Assembly: GCA_045587785.1 (NCBI GenBank)
Contig: JAZNDA010000131.1
Coordinates: 1 to 45,617 of the forward strand
Length of the DNA stretch: 45,617 nucleotides
From: Eubacteriales bacterium
Lineage (GTDB): Bacteria > Bacillota > Clostridia > Oscillospirales > CAG-272
Direction: 5' to 3'
Within the stretch, counting starts at the first letter, position 1. Each line of letters opens with the position of its first letter. Below are positions 27,796 to 36,995 of this stretch, in pieces. The position numbers and the translations under genes are program-made. The notes beneath the pieces are model-generated. The model was not told where the DNA came from. It did no database searches and saw nothing but the letters and a program-made list of their open reading frames with translations.

Positions 27796-27812
27796 GGGAG
27801 TGAGGGAAGCAT

Positions 27813-28712
27813 ATGATCTGTGCAGAGAATGTAACCATGAAATTTGACAGTAACGCCGCGCTTTCGGGGCTGAATTGCAAGATCCCGAACGGCTGTATAT
27901 ACGGTCTTGTCGGAAGCAACGGCGCGGGTAAGTCTACGTTTTTGAGATTGATCAGCGGTATTTACCGTCCAAATAGCGGCAGTATCACCATTGACGGCGC
28001 GCCCGTTTACGAAAATCCCGAGGTCAAAAATAAGATCTTGTTCGTTCCCGATGAGCAATATTTTATTCCGGGTGCCAATCTTGTTCGCATGGCAAAGCTT
28101 TATGCGGCGGTATATGAAAATTTCAGTTTTGAGAGATTTCATAATCTGACGGGGACCTTCGGTCTTAGCGAGACAGCAAATATCGGCACCTTTTCCAAGG
28201 GTATGAAACGGCAGGCAAGTACTATCTTAGCACTTTCCTGTATGCCCGAATATCTGTTTTTTGACGAGACCTTTGACGGACTTGACCCCGTCATGCGTAA
28301 TCTTGTCAAGCAGGTCATCTATAACGATGTGATGGAGCGGAATACCACCACCATCATCACCTCCCATTCGCTCCGCGAGTTGGAGGATACCTGCGATCAG
28401 CTTGCACTTCTTCATAAGGGCGGTATCGTGTTTGAAAGCGATATACAAAATCTCAAAACTCAGCTCTTTAAAATTCAGGTCGCCTTTGACGGGGACTTTG
28501 ACAAGGGCCGTTTCAAAGAGATCCAGATGCTGAACTATACGCAGATGGGCTCGGTCGCCACGTTTATTGCGCGCGGTGAGCGTGAGGACGTGGTGGCGCG
28601 TATCCGCGGTATGGAGCCGCTTCTTCTGGACGTGCTTCCGCTTAATCTTGAGGAAGTGTTTGTCTATGAGATGGAAGCACTCGGCTACGCCTTTAAGGAA
28701 ATTATGATGTAA
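27813..28712 (+). CDS. ABC transporter ATP-binding protein (YtrB-like)
   Basis: GSNGAGKST, FSKGMKRQ, FDETFDGLDP motifs. Confidence 0.92.
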   Translation: MICAENVTMKFDSNAALSGLNCKIPNGCIYGLVGSNGAGKSTFLRLISGIYRPNSGSITIDGAPVYENPEVKNKILFVPDEQYFIPGANLVRMAKLYAAVYENFSFERFHNLTGTFGLSETANIGTFSKGMKRQASTILALSCMPEYLFFDETFDGLDPVMRNLVKQVIYNDVMERNTTTIITSHSLRELEDTCDQLALLHKGGIVFESDIQNLKTQLFKIQVAFDGDFDKGRFKEIQMLNYTQMGSVATFIARGEREDVVARIRGMEPLLLDVLPLNLEEVFVYEMEALGYAFKEIMM

Positions 28713-28727
28713 GGAGGGGACGGAGCT

Positions 28728-30884
28728 ATGAAAGGTTATTTTTCACTTAAGCTGTATATAGAAGGTCTAAAACGCATCAAGATCCCCGGAATTGCGGCGG
28801 CGATATCGGTCATTTTCCTCAATGCCATCCTGCCCATGAATGAGATCTTGTCGGGCAACCGTAGGGCGGATATCATCGGTAACTCGGTGAGTGCGGTTTC
28901 GACGTATGAATTTTTGCCGTTCGGTCTTTTGATGCTTGCCTTTGGCGCGATATTCGCATATTCCATGTTTTCATTTTTGAATGAAAGAAATCGTTCGGAT
29001 TTTTACCATGCCATTCCCCATAAGCGCATATGCGTGTATCTCAGCTTTGTAGCGGCAATGGCAACGTGGATTTTTGGAATTCTGGCGGTCAGCACGGGTA
29101 TCAACGCTTTGCTTTTCGCCTTTGCAAAGTTTTCTTCGGTGAATATCTCGGTCGTGTTTATCACACCGCTTGTTATGATGCTTGCATCGATCATGGTCGC
29201 GGCATTTATGACGCTCGCCATGACACTGACGGGCACAACGGTGTCTAACGTGCTGATCTTTATTCTGGTTCTCCTGTTTGGACGCACGGTCGGTCAAATT
29301 TTTGTCACCGCTTTGCGCGAGATCACACCTATTTTGCGTAGCGGCAGCAGTTTCTTAGAGTATCTCGAGTTTGAATTTTCACTGCCCTTTGCGCTACTCA
29401 CGGGAGAAGGCTTTGACAATACACCGCTTATCATTTATACTGTCTTTGTCACCATTCTCGTTCTGGCGGTCGGCGCGCTTTGCTACGTGAAAAGACGGAG
29501 CGAGACAGCCACAAAAAGTGCGCCCAGCAAACTGATGCAGCACGTTTACCGAAGCGCCATTTCCTTGCCTTTCTTCTTGTTTATCGTACTCATCGCCATT
29601 ACGGACGGGTACGATGCATCCACTCAGCTTATTTTGCTCGTCCTTGCGCTTTTGGTCTACTGTATCTTTGAGCTTATGACCACAAAGAAGATCAAAGCAC
29701 TTGTGAGATCGCTCCCCATGATCTTAATACCCATCTTGCTTTCGGGCGTGTTCACGGGCATGGTGTTTATTGCCAGAAATGCGGTGCTTGATCAGCTGCC
29801 GAGCGTGGACGAGGTGGAGGCGATCAGTGAAAAATCTCCCATCAATTACTATAACCCGACCTATCAAACGCTGCGTATTTCCGATGCTTTTGTGGATTCG
29901 GAAGAGGCAAAGGAGATCGTTCTCGGTGCACTTTCCAGGGAAATAACCGCCATTCGCGAGGGATATACAAGCGGATGGGCACCCATTATCGGCGAGGACG
30001 GCAATCGGGTCGAAACTTATACCAAGCTTACACTGCAGATCCGTCTGAAAAACGGAAGGACACTCGGCAGGTATATCGGTTTTACCGAGAAGGAATACAA
30101 CCGTCTGATGGATATCATGATGGAGTCGGAGGATTATTTGGAGGCGTATATCGCCCTTCCGAAGAACAGCGAGATCAATACCAAGTATCTGGGCGGCTAT
30201 GACTTTTCCAAGGAGGAGACAGAACGCCTTTGGAACAGCTTTGTGAATGAATACAACTCTTTGAGTAATGAGCGGAAAAAGGCATATCTGGCAATGCGCT
30301 ATAGCAGTGACGAGCTGAATTCTTTCCACGTGGTGGGAACTTACCGCCTGCAGTCCTTCTCGTCCACCTACCGTATTCTTTTTGAGTACCTGCCGAGGAC
30401 CTCAAGGCTGTATCTGGAAATGGCAACAGAGAAGGGCATTATTGTACGAGACAAAAAGATCCTTGAGGCAATGATCGAGGAGCTTTCGCATGATAATATC
30501 GATTACGAAAACAAGAATCTGAATATCATAGCGACCGTCCTTACGGGCAAAGATGCGGGAGAGGAATTCTTTATAGAAAGCCTTAAGACCGACACTAAGA
30601 TCCCGAAGGAAGATGCGGTCAAGATACTGCAATATTTGGTAGATCACGGCGAGTTTTCTTATGACGAGAGCGATCTGCTTGTCAGATTTTCCGTGCAGCT
30701 TTACGGATGGATGGTATATGACATGGATGCTGACAGCTATTACTCTATGATCATTTCCTCGGTTCATGCTTCCGAGGTGGCGGTAGAGTCGGGCGACATC
30801 TTTTACACAAGGCTCGTTCTTTCCCTGAGCGAAGATGAGTGGAAGGAATTTAAGACAATGACCGAGCCGTATCGCTATTCTTAA
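28728..30884 (+). CDS. ABC transporter permease with long C-terminal soluble domain
   Basis: FSFL...DFYHAIP motif, about 10 TM helices in the N-terminal half. Third gene of the YtrA operon. Confidence 0.75.
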   Translation: MKGYFSLKLYIEGLKRIKIPGIAAAISVIFLNAILPMNEILSGNRRADIIGNSVSAVSTYEFLPFGLLMLAFGAIFAYSMFSFLNERNRSDFYHAIPHKRICVYLSFVAAMATWIFGILAVSTGINALLFAFAKFSSVNISVVFITPLVMMLASIMVAAFMTLAMTLTGTTVSNVLIFILVLLFGRTVGQIFVTALREITPILRSGSSFLEYLEFEFSLPFALLTGEGFDNTPLIIYTVFVTILVLAVGALCYVKRRSETATKSAPSKLMQHVYRSAISLPFFLFIVLIAITDGYDASTQLILLVLALLVYCIFELMTTKKIKALVRSLPMILIPILLSGVFTGMVFIARNAVLDQLPSVDEVEAISEKSPINYYNPTYQTLRISDAFVDSEEAKEIVLGALSREITAIREGYTSGWAPIIGEDGNRVETYTKLTLQIRLKNGRTLGRYIGFTEKEYNRLMDIMMESEDYLEAYIALPKNSEINTKYLGGYDFSKEETERLWNSFVNEYNSLSNERKKAYLAMRYSSDELNSFHVVGTYRLQSFSSTYRILFEYLPRTSRLYLEMATEKGIIVRDKKILEAMIEELSHDNIDYENKNLNIIATVLTGKDAGEEFFIESLKTDTKIPKEDAVKILQYLVDHGEFSYDESDLLVRFSVQLYGWMVYDMDADSYYSMIISSVHASEVAVESGDIFYTRLVLSLSEDEWKEFKTMTEPYRYS

Positions 30885-30891
30885 TATGTTC

Positions 30892-30919
30892 GGGACTGCC
30901 CCACGGGGTAGTCCCTTTT
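30892..30919 (+). terminator. Intrinsic terminator
   Basis: gggactgcccc-ac-ggggtagtccc-tttt. Confidence 0.75.
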
Positions 30920-30986
30920 GTATGTCAAAACGTAAATCGACCGAATATACTAAAATAAGACAACGATTTACGTGGAGATACAAACA

Positions 30987-31769
30987 ATGAATTTTGATGT
31001 GATTTTGGGCGTCATGCTCCCACTTTTCGGAACGATACTTGGTTCTATGAGCGTGTTTTTTATGAAAAAAAACATGAATTCTTTGTCACAAAGCCTCCTT
31101 TGCGGCTTTGCCGCGGGGGTGATGGTGGCGGCATCGGTATGGAGCCTTTTGCTGCCTGCCATCGAGGGCGCGTCACATATGGGTGTGTGGTCGTTCGTTC
31201 CCGCCACCGTGGGGCTGTGGGCAGGGGTGCTGTTTCTTTTACTGCTTGACCATGTGATGCCGCACCTTAACAGATGCGATTCCAAAGCCGAGGGGCTTTG
31301 CTGTCATCTTGGCAAGCGTGCCATGATGATCTTTGCCGTCACGCTTCACAATATCCCCGAGGGAATGGCGGTGGGGGCGGTGTTTGCGGGCTATCTGACG
31401 GGAAACGCTGAGATCTCACTCATGAGTGCCATGGCACTGTCCTTTGGCATCGCTATACAAAATTTCCCCGAGGGTGCCATCATTTCCATGCCGCTTGCGG
31501 CAGAGGGGAGCCGTAAGGGGAACGCGTTTTTGGGCGGACTTTTGTCGGGGGTGGTGGAGCCGATCTTTGCGCTTTTCACCATTCTTATGTCGAGCCTAAT
31601 CGTGCCGTTTTTGCCGTATTTTCTCAGCTTTGCGGCGGGTGCTATGCTGTACGTAGTGGTGGAGGAGCTTGTCCCCGAGGCGGTGGAGGGCGAAAATGCG
31701 GATAAGGGAACACTGTTTTTTTCGCTTGGCTTTAGCATCATGATGCTTTTGGACGTTGCGCTGGGATAA
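30987..31769 (+). CDS. ZIP family divalent metal transporter (ZupT/GufA type)
   Basis: GFAAGVM, TLHNIPEG, IQNFPEG, FAAGAM motifs. ATG at 30987. Confidence 0.92.
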   Translation: MNFDVILGVMLPLFGTILGSMSVFFMKKNMNSLSQSLLCGFAAGVMVAASVWSLLLPAIEGASHMGVWSFVPATVGLWAGVLFLLLLDHVMPHLNRCDSKAEGLCCHLGKRAMMIFAVTLHNIPEGMAVGAVFAGYLTGNAEISLMSAMALSFGIAIQNFPEGAIISMPLAAEGSRKGNAFLGGLLSGVVEPIFALFTILMSSLIVPFLPYFLSFAAGAMLYVVVEELVPEAVEGENADKGTLFFSLGFSIMMLLDVALG

Positions 31770-31784
31770 AATTTGAAAAAGCCC

Positions 31785-31813
31785 TTGACAAAAGAAAAAT
31801 TGCATGATATAAT
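31785..31813 (+). promoter_or_regulatory. sigma-A promoter for T-box-trpB
   Basis: TTGACA-N17-TATAAT with extended TG. Confidence 0.85.
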
Positions 31814-31828
31814 ACGCACATAGTGGAT

Positions 31829-32086
31829 AAACCTATGATTAAGAGTAGTAACCGATCAGAGTGCTTTCAGAGAGTTGCCGTTTGGTGCAAGGCAATACAC
31901 GGGGGTCGGTGAATGGACTTATGAGGGCGGTCGAAAGCCTATGGCGAGTAGTAACCGACGGTGTGCCACCGTTACGCGGCAAGCATATCACGTGTATGCG
32001 TCAAGAGGAATGATTGTTCATTCAAAACGGGTGGCACCGCGAATTGTATTCGTCCCGAGTATCTTTGATACTCGGGTTTTTATTTT
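31829..32086 (+). promoter_or_regulatory. T-box riboswitch with Trp (UGG) specifier
   Basis: AGTA and AGAGA boxes, GGTGCAA apical motif, specifier gaa-TGG-a at 31914-31916, T-box aaaacgggtggcaccgcg at 32024-32041, terminator cccgagtatc/gatactcggg plus T run. Confidence 0.93.
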
Positions 32087-32182
32087 GGAGGTCAGATATG
32101 ATGGATCATAAACGATGGCGGTCTTGTTTTTAATACAGCTGAAAAGATGATTTTAAACTGAAAATAAACGGAGGAAATAATC

Positions 32183-33400
32183 ATGGAATTTAACGGAATC
32201 AATTTTGACACATATCTTAAGCAGTATCCCGATAAGAACGGATATTTCGGCAAGTACGGCGGCGCGTATATCTCGGACGAGCTCAAAAGAGCGATGGAGG
32301 AGATCACCGAGGCGTATTTCACGATCGCAAAATCCAGCAAATTCGTGGGCGAGCTCAGACGTATCCGCCGCGAATTTCAAGGCCGTCCCACACCTATCTC
32401 TTACCTTGAGAGACTGTCCACCAGCATCGGAAACGTTCAGCTTTACGTAAAGCGTGAGGATCTTAACCATACGGGCGCGCATAAGCTCAATCACTGCATG
32501 GGTGAGGCGCTTTTGGCAAAATACATGGGCAAAAAGAAGGTCATTGCCGAGACGGGCGCAGGTCAGCACGGTGTTGCACTGGCAACGGCGGCGGCTTATT
32601 TCGGTCTTGAGTGTGACATTTATATGGGCGCGGTAGATATCAAGAAGCAAGCCCCCAACGTGGCAAGAATGAAAATACTCGGTGCCAACGTCATTGAGGT
32701 GACCGAGGGACTTCAGACGCTCAAGGAGGCAGTGGATGCCGCATTTGCCGCCTATACAAAGGATTATAAGAACTGCATTTACTGTATCGGCAGTGTGGTG
32801 GGACCGCATCCGTTCCCGCTTATGGTGCGCGACTTCCAGCACGTTGTGGGCGAGGAGGCAAGAGAGCAGTTTATCGGCATGACAGGCGAGCTTCCCGATG
32901 CGATCGTTGCTTGCGTGGGCGGCGGCTCCAATGCGGCAGGCTTTTTCTCGGGCTTCTTGAATGACCCTGTGGATATCTACGGCATCGAGCCTCTTGGCAG
33001 AGGTGCCAAGCTGGGTGACCACGCGGCAAGCCTTCAGTACGGTGAGGAGGGCGTGATGCACGGCTTTAACTCTCTTATGCTGAAGGACGAGAACGGCGAT
33101 CCCGCACCTGTTTACTCGGTGTCCTCGGGTCTTGACTATCCATCCTCGGGGCCCGAGCATGCGTTCCTGCACGATATCGGCAGAGTGAAGTATGATGTGA
33201 TCGATGACGATGAGAGCATAGATGCCTTCTATAAGCTCTCGCGCATGGAGGGTATCATTCCTGCCCTTGAGAGCGCACATGCCGTGGCTTACGGCATCAA
33301 GCTCGCCCAGCGTATGGGCAGAGGCTCTGTGCTGATCAATTTGTCGGGCAGAGGCGATAAGGATATGGATTACGTGATCGAAAAGTACGGTATCCGATAA
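32183..33400 (+). CDS. trpB: Tryptophan synthase beta subunit (stand-alone)
   Basis: [11 protein letters not shown] (PLP lysine), [30 protein letters not shown] motifs. Confidence 0.96.
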   Translation: MEFNGINFDTYLKQYPDKNGYFGKYGGAYISDELKRAMEEITEAYFTIAKSSKFVGELRRIRREFQGRPTPISYLERLSTSIGNVQLYVKREDLNHTGAHKLNHCMGEALLAKYMGKKKVIAETGAGQHGVALATAAAYFGLECDIYMGAVDIKKQAPNVARMKILGANVIEVTEGLQTLKEAVDAAFAAYTKDYKNCIYCIGSVVGPHPFPLMVRDFQHVVGEEAREQFIGMTGELPDAIVACVGGGSNAAGFFSGFLNDPVDIYGIEPLGRGAKLGDHAASLQYGEEGVMHGFNSLMLKDENGDPAPVYSVSSGLDYPSSGPEHAFLHDIGRVKYDVIDDDESIDAFYKLSRMEGIIPALESAHAVAYGIKLAQRMGRGSVLINLSGRGDKDMDYVIEKYGIR

Positions 33401-33413
33401 GAATAACCAGCCG

Positions 33414-33442
33414 AATGGGGAGAGAGATCTCCCCATTTTTTT
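33414..33442 (+). terminator. Intrinsic terminator after trpB
   Basis: aatggggaga-gaga-tctccccatt followed by a T run. Confidence 0.85.
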
Positions 33443-33464
33443 GATATGACCGAAATTTTACTTG

Positions 33465-33493
33465 TTGACAAAACGGTGAAAACTTGATATAAT
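33465..33493 (+). promoter_or_regulatory. sigma-A promoter
   Basis: TTGACA-N17-TATAAT with extended TG. Confidence 0.8.
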
Positions 33494-33536
33494 AATAAAT
33501 AATTATTTCATATGAATTATGCGGAAGGAATGCAAG

Positions 33537-34400
33537 ATGAAATCCGATTTGCTAAAGCAAATAGAGCTCGGTTTTTCGGGCTTTTCCAAGGGCCAAAAGA
33601 ATATTGCGAGCTTTATCTCCGAGCATTATGAAAAGGCGGCGTATATGACCGCGGCAAAGCTCGGCGTGGCGGTCGGCGTTTCGGAATCCACCGTGGTTCG
33701 ATTTGCCATAGAGCTTGGATATGAGGGCTATCCCGAGATGCAGCGAGCCTTGCAGGATCTGGTGCGCACGCGCCTGACCTCATTTCAGCGCATCGAGCTT
33801 TCGGACGCTTTGATTGGTGATCGGGATATTTTAGAGCAGGTCCTGCTTGCCGATGTGGAGCATCTGAGACAGACACTGGATGCGGTAGACCATGAGGCTT
33901 TTAACGCCGCTGTAGACCGTATTGTGTCCGCCAAGCGTATATACATTTTGGGCGTGCGTTCCTCGGCATCCCTTGCAGGCTTTTTGCATTATCATCTGCA
34001 AATGGCATTTGACAATCTGACGCTGGTGCAGACCACCTCGGGTAACGAGATGCTGGAACAGATCATGAGGATCGATGAGAATGACGTCATGATCGCCATC
34101 AGCTTTCCGCGTTATTCCAAGCGTATCATCAAGGCGGTGGAGTTTGCGGGGAGTAAGGGCGCCAATGTGGTGGCGCTGACCGATAGCCGCGAGTCGCCCA
34201 TTGCCGCAGGTGCCAGCCAACTTTTGACGGCAAGCAGTGACATGGCGTCCTTTGTGGATTCGCTTGTGGCACCGCTGAGTATCATCAACGCCATCGTTGT
34301 GGCGGTGGCACGTAAAAAGAAAGAGGAACTGACCACTCGTCTGAGAGATCTTGAACAGATTTGGGATGAGTATGACGTCTACGAGAAAAATCATGAATGA
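33537..34400 (+). CDS. MurR/RpiR family transcriptional regulator
   Basis: VSESTVVRFA..LGY.GY HTH plus SIS domain (ISFPRYS, LTDS..SP). Confidence 0.92.
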   Translation: MKSDLLKQIELGFSGFSKGQKNIASFISEHYEKAAYMTAAKLGVAVGVSESTVVRFAIELGYEGYPEMQRALQDLVRTRLTSFQRIELSDALIGDRDILEQVLLADVEHLRQTLDAVDHEAFNAAVDRIVSAKRIYILGVRSSASLAGFLHYHLQMAFDNLTLVQTTSGNEMLEQIMRIDENDVMIAISFPRYSKRIIKAVEFAGSKGANVVALTDSRESPIAAGASQLLTASSDMASFVDSLVAPLSIINAIVVAVARKKKEELTTRLRDLEQIWDEYDVYEKNHE

Positions 34401-35634
34401 TCAGAGACATGTGATCGTGATCGGCGGCGGCGCGGCAGGCATGATGGCGGCGATCTCGGCGGCAAGGCTGGGGGCGCGTGTGACGATGTTTGAGAAAAAT
34501 GACCGTCTCGGAAAAAAGTTGAGGATCACGGGCAAGGGGAGATGCAACGTGACCAACGATTGCGATATCGGCGAGTTTTTGCAGAACGTCCCCACCAATC
34601 CCCGTTTTCTTTACGCGGCACTGAGCCATTTCGGTACCGACGATACCAAGCAGTTTTTTAAAGAGCAGGGAGTGGCACTTAAGACCGAAAGAGGCAAGCG
34701 CGTATTTCCCATGTCGGATAAAGCGCAGGATATTGTGGATGCGCTGGCAGGTGCATGCCGCGATAGCGGCGTCCGCATTGTGTTCGATAAGGTAAACCGT
34801 ATATACTATGAAAACGGAGCGGCGTGCGGTGTGCAAACGCGCACGGGGCTTCACAGAGCGGATGCAGTGATCGTTTGTACGGGCGGTATGTCCTATAAGC
34901 AAACAGGCTCCGACGGAGACGGATACCGTTTTGCGCGTGATGCGGGACTTACGGTCACGCCTCTGTTGCCGTCGCTTGTCCCTCTGACCTCTGTGGGCCG
35001 TGTTTGCGCGCGGATGCAAGGGCTGTCCCTCCGTAACGTGGCACTTCGTATTTGCGAAAAGGCAAGCGGTAAAACGGTATATGAAGATTTTGGCGAGATG
35101 ATGTTTACGCATTTTGGGCTTACGGGCCCCTTGGTTTTGTCGGCGTCGGCGCACCTGTCGGACGTGGCGTCTCATAAATATGAGGCAGTGATCGATCTCA
35201 AGCCCGCGCTTGACAGAAAAACGCTGGACGCAAGGCTCTTGCATGACTTTGCCAAATATCAGAACCGCGATTTTGACAATGCCTTGTCCGATCTGCTTCC
35301 GCAAAAAATGATCCCCGTGGTGGTGGAGCTTTCGAACATTCCGCCTCACAAAAAGGTCAATTCGATCACCAAGGAAGAACGCACTGCGCTTTGTGAGCTA
35401 CTCAAGGGCTTTCGCATTTCGATCGACGGCTTTCGCCCGATCAATGAGGCGATCATTACAAAGGGCGGCGTGGCGGTAGGGCAGATCAGCCCCAAGACCA
35501 TGGAGACCAAGAGCGTGAGAGGACTTTATTTCGCAGGCGAGGTTTTGGACCTTGATGCCTATACGGGCGGCTTCAATTTGCAGATTGCTTTTTCTACTGC
35601 AGTGCTCGCAGGCGAGAGCGCGGCTATAGGGTGA
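34393..35634 (+). CDS. NAD(P)/FAD-dependent oxidoreductase, HI0933/BaiN family
   Basis: IGGGAAG, GKKL.ITGKGRCNVTN, FTHFGLTGP, GEVLD...TGGFNLQ motifs. Confidence 0.92.
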   Translation: MNDQRHVIVIGGGAAGMMAAISAARLGARVTMFEKNDRLGKKLRITGKGRCNVTNDCDIGEFLQNVPTNPRFLYAALSHFGTDDTKQFFKEQGVALKTERGKRVFPMSDKAQDIVDALAGACRDSGVRIVFDKVNRIYYENGAACGVQTRTGLHRADAVIVCTGGMSYKQTGSDGDGYRFARDAGLTVTPLLPSLVPLTSVGRVCARMQGLSLRNVALRICEKASGKTVYEDFGEMMFTHFGLTGPLVLSASAHLSDVASHKYEAVIDLKPALDRKTLDARLLHDFAKYQNRDFDNALSDLLPQKMIPVVVELSNIPPHKKVNSITKEERTALCELLKGFRISIDGFRPINEAIITKGGVAVGQISPKTMETKSVRGLYFAGEVLDLDAYTGGFNLQIAFSTAVLAGESAAIG

Positions 35635-35664
35635 CAGCGAGTTCGTATATCTACTGTCACCCTA
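35627..35664 (-). repeat. Solo palindromic repeat unit (TAGGGTGACAG family), copy D
   Basis: tagggtgacag-N16-ctgtcacccta with perfect 11-bp arms. Contains the TGA stop of the upstream gene. Confidence 0.85.
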
Positions 35665-35687
35665 AGAGAATAAAAAGGAGAGATATT

Positions 35688-36995
35688 ATGTTTCAAATTG
35701 CAATAGACGGCCCCAGCGGTGCGGGCAAAAGCACCATTGCCAAAGCCATTGCGGCTAAAATGGGTATTGTTTACGTGGATACGGGTGCGCTGTACCGCAC
35801 GATAGGATATTACGTTCGCAGTAAGGGCGTGGCACAGACCGAAAGCGATGTTATCGTGTCGCTTTTGCCCGAGATACACATTGAGATCAAGTATGAGAAC
35901 GGAACGCAGTATGTGTATCTGAACGGCGAGAATCTTGGAGATAAGATTAGGGAGCCCGAGATTTCCATGTATGCGTCCACAGTATCCAAGATCCCCGAGG
36001 TTCGCAGCTTTTTGCTGGATACTCAACGTGCGGTAGCGAGGGCAAACAGCGTGGTCATGGACGGTCGCGATATCGGAACCGTGATCCTGCCGGATGCCGA
36101 CGTCAAGATATTTTTGACGGCATCCGATCAAAAGAGAGCCGAGCGCCGTTTGGCAGAGCTTTTGGAAAAGGGTATTTCGACCACCTATGAGGAGGTCCTT
36201 GCCGATATGGTCGCACGTGACACGCAGGACAGAAACCGCGACATCGCGCCCGCCGTGCCTGCAGAGGATTCCATTTTGCTTGATACCTCGGATTACACCT
36301 TGGAGCAGAGCATTGATAAAGCCATCGAGATCATAGAAAAGACCTTGGCAAAAAAAAAAGGCGGTAAAAGCAAGTTCTACGCCGTTTGCCACTTCCTGTT
36401 AAACGGAATTATCCGTCTTTTGTTCCGCGTTAAGGTGGTGGGACTTGAAAACGAACCGACCGAAGGCGGCTTTTTGGTCTGCTGTAACCATATCTCAAAG
36501 CTTGATCCCGTGCTTCTTTGCGCCACACTCAAAAAGCATCAGATTTGCATGATGTCAAAGAAGGAACTTTTCAAAATTCCGCTGCTTGCACAGCTGATCA
36601 GGGCGCTTGGCGCATATCCCGTTGACAGGGGAGGCAGCGACGTCGGCGCGGTGAAACATGCCATCCGTCTTTTGAAGGACGGAAAATGTGTCGGTCTTTT
36701 CCCACAAGGAACAAGACAGCCGAATAAGAATCCCCGTGACACCAAGGTGAGAAACGGCGCGGCAATGATTGCCATGCACGCCAATGCGGCGGTTTTGCCA
36801 ATGTGCATTTACAGAGAAGGGTACGCGCCCAAGATCTTCCGCCGTACCGTGGTCTCCATAGGTAAGCCCATCCCGTTTTCCGCTTTCGGTTATGATGCTG
36901 ACAAGGCGGGTGAATATAACCGAATTTCTGAGGAAATTTTTGATGAAATATGTAAACTTGGAGAGGATGCCGAAAAATGTCTCCCGAGATCATAA
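35688..36995 (+). CDS. cmk: Cytidylate kinase fused to 1-acyl-sn-glycerol-3-phosphate acyltransferase (Cmk-PlsC)
   Basis: IAIDGPSGAGKST, DTGALYR, MDGRDIGT, then NHISKLD and FPQGTR in one frame. ATG at 35688 follows AAGGAG. Confidence 0.9.
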   Translation: MFQIAIDGPSGAGKSTIAKAIAAKMGIVYVDTGALYRTIGYYVRSKGVAQTESDVIVSLLPEIHIEIKYENGTQYVYLNGENLGDKIREPEISMYASTVSKIPEVRSFLLDTQRAVARANSVVMDGRDIGTVILPDADVKIFLTASDQKRAERRLAELLEKGISTTYEEVLADMVARDTQDRNRDIAPAVPAEDSILLDTSDYTLEQSIDKAIEIIEKTLAKKKGGKSKFYAVCHFLLNGIIRLLFRVKVVGLENEPTEGGFLVCCNHISKLDPVLLCATLKKHQICMMSKKELFKIPLLAQLIRALGAYPVDRGGSDVGAVKHAIRLLKDGKCVGLFPQGTRQPNKNPRDTKVRNGAAMIAMHANAAVLPMCIYREGYAPKIFRRTVVSIGKPIPFSAFGYDADKAGEYNRISEEIFDEICKLGEDAEKCLPRS

